Origin: a virus
Taxonomy: Duplodnaviria > Caudoviricetes
IMG/VR virus record: IMGVR_UViG_3300022654_000689
Length of the DNA: 64,000 nt
Direction: 5' to 3' (one strand)
How positions within the stretch are numbered: position 1 is the first letter of the stretch; every line of letters begins with the position of its first letter. Made by a program: the position numbers and the translations under genes. The notes below the pieces were generated by a model that was given only the letters and a program-made list of their open reading frames with translations, searched no databases and had not been told where the DNA came from. Positions 59,307 through 64,000 of this stretch are shown one piece after another.

Positions 59307-59337
59307 AGAAGGGAAATATATTTCCCTTCTTTTTTTT
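59307..59337 (+). terminator. Intrinsic terminator
   Basis: AGAAGGGAAATA/TATTTCCCTTCT followed by a T-tract; late motif AACAtacaatTA immediately upstream (59294-59305). Confidence 0.7.
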
Positions 59338-59367
59338 GAAATTAACTATATAAGGGGGCTGATTATA

Positions 59368-59895
59368 TTGGAAGACAAACGAATGACGAGTCGAGAGTTT
59401 ACTGACTTAGTAGGAATATCATTAAAAACGTTAGAAAGAATGGAAAAAGCTGGAAAAATAACACCTTATAGAGAGGGAAGAACTAGATACTATTTTCATG
59501 AACAAGTTAGACAATTTGAAGAATCAGAAGGTAAATTTATATTAGGTATAGGTATTCAAAAAGATGTTGTAGCTACATTAGCATATAGTGAAAAACCAGA
59601 TGGAGAAATACTTAAAATACTTAGTTTTTGTTTAGACAATAGTATTGCTATTGATGATACTTTTGAAGTCAAATGTAAAGATATCAAACAGGATATAATT
59701 CAATTAGTAGACATATGTAGAAACCCAAAAATTGCCAAGATAATATATAGTGGTAAAGAAAGCGTTTATCCTATACTTAAAGAAGAGTGTCAAGCTTATG
59801 GAGTTATATTAGTTAAAGCTGAAGAACAAGAGAAACCTAAAAAAAGTTGGTGGAGAAGGTGGTTAGATGGCAGACGAAAAAAGAAAAATAGATGA
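59368..59895 (+). CDS. MerR/excisionase-like HTH DNA-binding protein
   Basis: MTSREFTDLVGISLKTLERMEKAGKITPYREGRTRYY. Confidence 0.7.
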   Translation: MEDKRMTSREFTDLVGISLKTLERMEKAGKITPYREGRTRYYFHEQVRQFEESEGKFILGIGIQKDVVATLAYSEKPDGEILKILSFCLDNSIAIDDTFEVKCKDIKQDIIQLVDICRNPKIAKIIYSGKESVYPILKEECQAYGVILVKAEEQEKPKKSWWRRWLDGRRKKKNR

Positions 59896-60613
59896 GATAG
59901 GATTATCTGATATTGATGAACTGTACCAAGAAGATATTGATTTATTAAATGCAGAAATGAATGCCATGCAAGAATTATATGACGAAATGAAAATCCACTA
60001 CGATAATGTAAAAAACAAAACTAAAACACAAGCTGGTAGTGGAGCGTACAATTTCTTATTGCAACAGTCTGAAACACTAGTCAAACTAAAAGAAGTCAAA
60101 ATGAAAATGGCTAAAGAAAGAGTTAATACTAAAAAAATTATGATGGATACTAAATTAAGTATTATACGTAATCGTAAAGACGTTGGTAACGAAGAATATA
60201 CTCTTGAAGTCGCTAAGCAAATGTATGATATGGTTATGAAAGGTAAAGTTGGTATGGAAGAACTTAAGAATCCTACTAATTTTATGGATCACGTTTCAAA
60301 TGAAGAAGAAGCCGATAAAGCATTAGCTAAAAAATTGGGTCTAGAAATTGATGAAGATATTGACTATGAAGCTGAATTAGAAGTTTTTGAATTAATTGAT
60401 GAAGAAATAATTGAAGAATCACTCATTCCAGAAGGTATTAAATTTATATGTAATATGCAAGGTGATGTAATAGCGGTTGATGAAGATTACAATGAAGTTT
60501 TAAATGTAGAAATACCAGATGCCTACAAAAAAATTGTATTTAGCTTAAATGACGATGACGAATATATAGCATTAAACATTGATGGTGACGAAGTAGAAAT
60601 TGCAGATTTCTAA
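59867..60613 (+). CDS. Hypothetical protein (coiled-coil N-half, acidic C-half)
   Basis: 248-aa ORF overlapping the upstream gene. Confidence 0.65.
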   Translation: MADEKRKIDEIGLSDIDELYQEDIDLLNAEMNAMQELYDEMKIHYDNVKNKTKTQAGSGAYNFLLQQSETLVKLKEVKMKMAKERVNTKKIMMDTKLSIIRNRKDVGNEEYTLEVAKQMYDMVMKGKVGMEELKNPTNFMDHVSNEEEADKALAKKLGLEIDEDIDYEAELEVFELIDEEIIEESLIPEGIKFICNMQGDVIAVDEDYNEVLNVEIPDAYKKIVFSLNDDDEYIALNIDGDEVEIADF

Positions 60614-60619
60614 TAAGCA

Positions 60620-60643
60620 TTTTGTTTACATATTATATCAATG
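60620..60643 (+). promoter_or_regulatory. Early-type promoter
   Basis: TTTTgtttaCATATTATatcaaTG. Confidence 0.7.
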
Positions 60644-60661
60644 GAAGGAGTGTGAAGTTAA

Positions 60662-63283
60662 ATGCGTATAACACGTATAAAATTAAAAAACTTTGCGGGT
60701 ATTTATGCAGGAACAGGGTTGAAAGAAATTGATATTGAATTTAATTCAGAGAATACGATGAATATGTTTTTAGCAGCCAATGGTAAAGGTAAGAGTGTTT
60801 TAATGTCATGCCTTACACCATTTAGAGAAACATTTGATGATAGAAAAGATTTAATTATCAAAGAAACTGTTGGGGTAAAAGAACTATGGTTAGAAGACGG
60901 TTCAGATGAATACAAGATAACTCATTACTATGAACCTAAGAACAATAAGTCATTTATTGAAAAGAATGGTGTAGAACTAAATGATAATGGAGGAGTTAAA
61001 TCATTTTTAAATGTACTAAAAGATGAATTAAATTTAGACACGGAATATATTAAAATTGGTAAACTAGGCGCTGGTATTGATAGTTTCGTGTCTATGAACA
61101 GTTCAGATCGCAAGAAGTATATTGGAAATTTTATACCTAATATAGACGATGTATTACAAGCATATGAAGTTGCTAATAGTAATTTTAATGTTAAGAAAAA
61201 AGAACTAAAGAAATTAGAAGGGGAGTTTGAAAAACTCGGAGATATTGACGTAATGAAAGCTAACAGAGATACAATAGAATCAGAAATTAATGAATTAAAT
61301 GGTTCTATTGTATTTAATACTGGCAAAAAGGTACAATTAGAAAAAGAAGCCAAAGATATACATGCTGATGAATTAAATGATAAATTAGATGAATATGGTA
61401 ATATATTAAAGATAGCAGAAAAAGAATATAAGCAAAACCAAGCTGAACTGGATAAACTTTACAATAAGTATGCAAATTTAAAAGACTATGATGATAAACG
61501 CATTAATGATAGTATAATGGTAGAAAGCAATGTAGCAATTGAATGCAAAACCAAAGTTGATATGCTAAATGAAAGAAAAAATGAATTAGTTAAAGAGTAT
61601 AATAATACAATAGATTTAATTAATAATATGACATCTGTCGAATATAGTGAAGAAGATTTAAAAGAGATGTTAAAGCAAAAAAGAGATTTAGAAATTGATA
61701 TTGAAGATGCAGATGTAATAATAGATTCTTATATAAAAACAAATGAAAGCGCTGAATCAATATTATTAAAAATTAATAATACTAATAATTATTGGGATAC
61801 ACTGTCGTCTATCGATACACATACAGAACGACATATAATAATGAAAGCATCAGCACCAATATATAAAACATTTGATGAGATAACTTACATGCAAGTAACT
61901 GAAGAATTAAATGATATTAAAAAAGAAATTATGAGGCTAGAACAATTAAAATCTTTAACTAATGTTTTAGCGGATAGACCCAAAAATTGTATTATACCGA
62001 CTTGTGCTTTCATTAAAACTGCTTTAGAAGCTCAAAATGAAATTGACTCTAAATCAAAAATTTATGATGAAGAAATTAGATTAGCTAAAGCCATAGAAGA
62101 ATTAGATAACAGAAAAAGTTCAATAGACGAATATAATGAGTATATACAAAAAATTATTAATTTCAGTCAACAATGGAAAGTTGATCCTACAGATGTATTA
62201 GAACAAATGAAATCTAATCTTGGAGAATTAAAACATAGAGAAATTAAGAAATTAGAGTCTATGCAAATGTATGTAATGATGAAAGATATGATTGCAAACA
62301 ATAAATCTAAATTAGAATTAGTAAATGCTAAGATAGATAATTTAATGAAAGATAAACAATTGGCAGAAGACGCTCAGAATAAGTATAACGATTCAAATGT
62401 AAAGCTTTCAATACTTGAATCAGAAATTGAAAAGATAAATCTTGAAGCTGAAAAACTAATTAAAAGAATGAATGTTGCTAATGCTAAATTAAAAATCTTA
62501 AATTCAGTAAAAGATGCAAGAAAAGTAGTGACTGATAGTTTAGAAAAAGTTAATGAATCTAATGAATTTGTAACTAACAATAAAAAACTTATTCAGCGTT
62601 CTAAAGAAATTAGTAATGAACTAGGTATTATTAATAAAGAAATTGAAAAACTTACGCAATCTATTACAATCCATAAAAGTAATGTTAAAGAATTAGACCG
62701 CAAAATTATACTAGCCGAAGATATAACTGAAAGATATAATACACTTAATAAAGATTTTAGTAAGTATAAAGCATTAAGAGATACCCTAGATCCAAAACAA
62801 GGATTCCCGGTATTATTTATTAAGACATATTTAGAAGATATTAGTGATAGAGTAAACGAATTATTAAATGTTGCATACGATGGAGCATTCCAAATTAAAT
62901 TCAATATTACAGCTAGAGATTTTTTAATAGAAGTCTACAAAAGTGATGGAACGATGCTTAATGATATTAAACAAGCAAGTCAAGGAGAATTATCCATGAC
63001 TACAGTTTCATTATCATTAGCAATTATGGAAAAAAGTATAGATAGATATAATATCTTATACCTAGACGAAGTTGATGCAACGTTAAGTTCTGAGAATAGA
63101 CGATTGTTCATAGATATAATTCAAAAACAAATTGAGAAAATGGGTATAGAACAAGTATTCATTATAAGTCATAATAACGAGTATTTTAGTTATCCAATGA
63201 ATTTAGTATTACTAGAAGGTCATGATTTAGATACCGATGATGAGGATTTAATGAGTAATAAAAAAATTGTGTATGAATTATAG
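60662..63283 (+). CDS. sbcC: SbcC/Rad50-like SMC ATPase
   Basis: IKLKNF, Walker A ANGKGKS, long coiled coil with central CIIPTC hook, ASQGE signature, LYLDEVD and IISH. Confidence 0.92.
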   Translation: MRITRIKLKNFAGIYAGTGLKEIDIEFNSENTMNMFLAANGKGKSVLMSCLTPFRETFDDRKDLIIKETVGVKELWLEDGSDEYKITHYYEPKNNKSFIEKNGVELNDNGGVKSFLNVLKDELNLDTEYIKIGKLGAGIDSFVSMNSSDRKKYIGNFIPNIDDVLQAYEVANSNFNVKKKELKKLEGEFEKLGDIDVMKANRDTIESEINELNGSIVFNTGKKVQLEKEAKDIHADELNDKLDEYGNILKIAEKEYKQNQAELDKLYNKYANLKDYDDKRINDSIMVESNVAIECKTKVDMLNERKNELVKEYNNTIDLINNMTSVEYSEEDLKEMLKQKRDLEIDIEDADVIIDSYIKTNESAESILLKINNTNNYWDTLSSIDTHTERHIIMKASAPIYKTFDEITYMQVTEELNDIKKEIMRLEQLKSLTNVLADRPKNCIIPTCAFIKTALEAQNEIDSKSKIYDEEIRLAKAIEELDNRKSSIDEYNEYIQKIINFSQQWKVDPTDVLEQMKSNLGELKHREIKKLESMQMYVMMKDMIANNKSKLELVNAKIDNLMKDKQLAEDAQNKYNDSNVKLSILESEIEKINLEAEKLIKRMNVANAKLKILNSVKDARKVVTDSLEKVNESNEFVTNNKKLIQRSKEISNELGIINKEIEKLTQSITIHKSNVKELDRKIILAEDITERYNTLNKDFSKYKALRDTLDPKQGFPVLFIKTYLEDISDRVNELLNVAYDGAFQIKFNITARDFLIEVYKSDGTMLNDIKQASQGELSMTTVSLSLAIMEKSIDRYNILYLDEVDATLSSENRRLFIDIIQKQIEKMGIEQVFIISHNNEYFSYPMNLVLLEGHDLDTDDEDLMSNKKIVYEL

Positions 63284-63296
63284 GAGGTAATTTAAA

Positions 63297-63644
63297 ATGG
63301 CTAGAATAGTTGAAAGCATTGAAAAATTTATTGGAATAATCTATAATAGAACCGATAATATATATCAAGAATTTAGAATATGTAACCGAGAAGAATTTGT
63401 ACAAAAAGTAATAGATTTTACAATAGACAATAAAAAGATAGAAGGAAGAATTATTGATACTGAAATTGAAGTAGAATCTATCTCGGATCCAATGTCATAT
63501 TTTGGTTCTTATGATCCTGTATTAAAAGTAAAAATTGAATTTACTAAAAGTGAAAGTTCACATTTTATATTGTCTGAGTATGTTTCAACTTACTATTATT
63601 TTGATATTATAACTGAAAAAGATTATGTTGAAAGATTATTATAG
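63297..63644 (+). CDS. Hypothetical protein
   Basis: RBS AGGAGG. Confidence 0.65.
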   Translation: MARIVESIEKFIGIIYNRTDNIYQEFRICNREEFVQKVIDFTIDNKKIEGRIIDTEIEVESISDPMSYFGSYDPVLKVKIEFTKSESSHFILSEYVSTYYYFDIITEKDYVERLL

Positions 63645-63657
63645 GGAGGCATTTTTT

Positions 63658-63948
63658 ATGTACATTGTAGCATGGAAGAAAAAAACTAAAGAAACAAAAG
63701 AACATTATGAAGTTGAAAATGTAGAAGAATTTATAGACCACATTTCATCTATAATGAAGCATGAGTTTGTAAGTAAACAGCCAAACTGTTCTATAGAAGA
63801 TATTACATGGAGTCAATCAGATTGGATGTTTATACCAGAAGATGTTAAATTTATAGGAATAAGTAAAAAAGACGAGGAATATTTATTCCTCGATTATAGG
63901 TATTTTAAAGAAGTGAATGAAAAAGAATTTTATGAAAGTATGTTATAG
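63658..63948 (+). CDS. Hypothetical protein
   Basis: RBS GGGAGG before ATG 63658. Confidence 0.6.
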   Translation: MYIVAWKKKTKETKEHYEVENVEEFIDHISSIMKHEFVSKQPNCSIEDITWSQSDWMFIPEDVKFIGISKKDEEYLFLDYRYFKEVNEKEFYESML

Positions 63949-63959
63949 GAGGTAGTACA

Positions 63960-64000
63960 ATGAAATTTGGAAGAGAAGATATAATATTTTTAGCAATAAC
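63960..64000 (+). CDS. Start of a gene truncated by the window edge
   Basis: RBS AGGAGG; MKFGREDIIFLAI... Confidence 0.55.
   Translation, partial: MKFGREDIIFLAI

Noticed and set aside
59368-59895. IS607-type transposase/resolvase
   Set aside because: Only the N-terminal HTH matches; there is no Y.RVS catalytic serine motif and no tnpB nearby.
28162-63404. Short minus-strand ORFs inside gyrB, glgP, polymerase, ligA, sbcC etc.
   Set aside because: Antisense shadow ORFs.
1-64000. Alternative genetic code (TAG=Gln or TGA=Trp)
   Set aside because: Conserved and very long genes are intact in code 11. The breaks in RNAP, endolysin and polymerase are explained by group I introns.

Overview
This AT-rich window looks like part of a jumbo phage genome of the AR9/PBS1/phiKZ-related type. 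The host is probably clostridial or another Bacillota, inferred from codon usage and the lysis genes. The left 28 kb (minus strand) is a late-expressed cluster of about 18 fibre/adhesin-like genes: BspA LRR and InlB-B-repeat proteins, a YadA-head-like fibre, long repeat shafts and tiny adaptor ORFs. Their N- and C-terminal modules recur in matching pairs from gene to gene, suggesting a head-to-tail 'plug-and-socket' fibre assembly. The right 36 kb encodes a type IIA topoisomerase B subunit, a split RNA polymerase beta'-like subunit, glycogen phosphorylase, holin plus amidase endolysin, an HD-GYP-like protein, a split family-B DNA polymerase subunit, a HAD nucleotidase, a tandem two-domain MazF, an SNF2 helicase, NAD-dependent ligase and SbcC/Rad50. 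Three group I introns interrupt the RNAP, endolysin and DNA polymerase genes, and their splice junctions can be read from the sequence. Two recurrent promoter motifs were found: AACA-N6-YA (AR9-type late) and TTTT-N5/6-YATATTAT-N5-TG (early-like). No tRNA, rRNA or CRISPR array was seen. All assignments come from manual motif recognition; no database searches were run.
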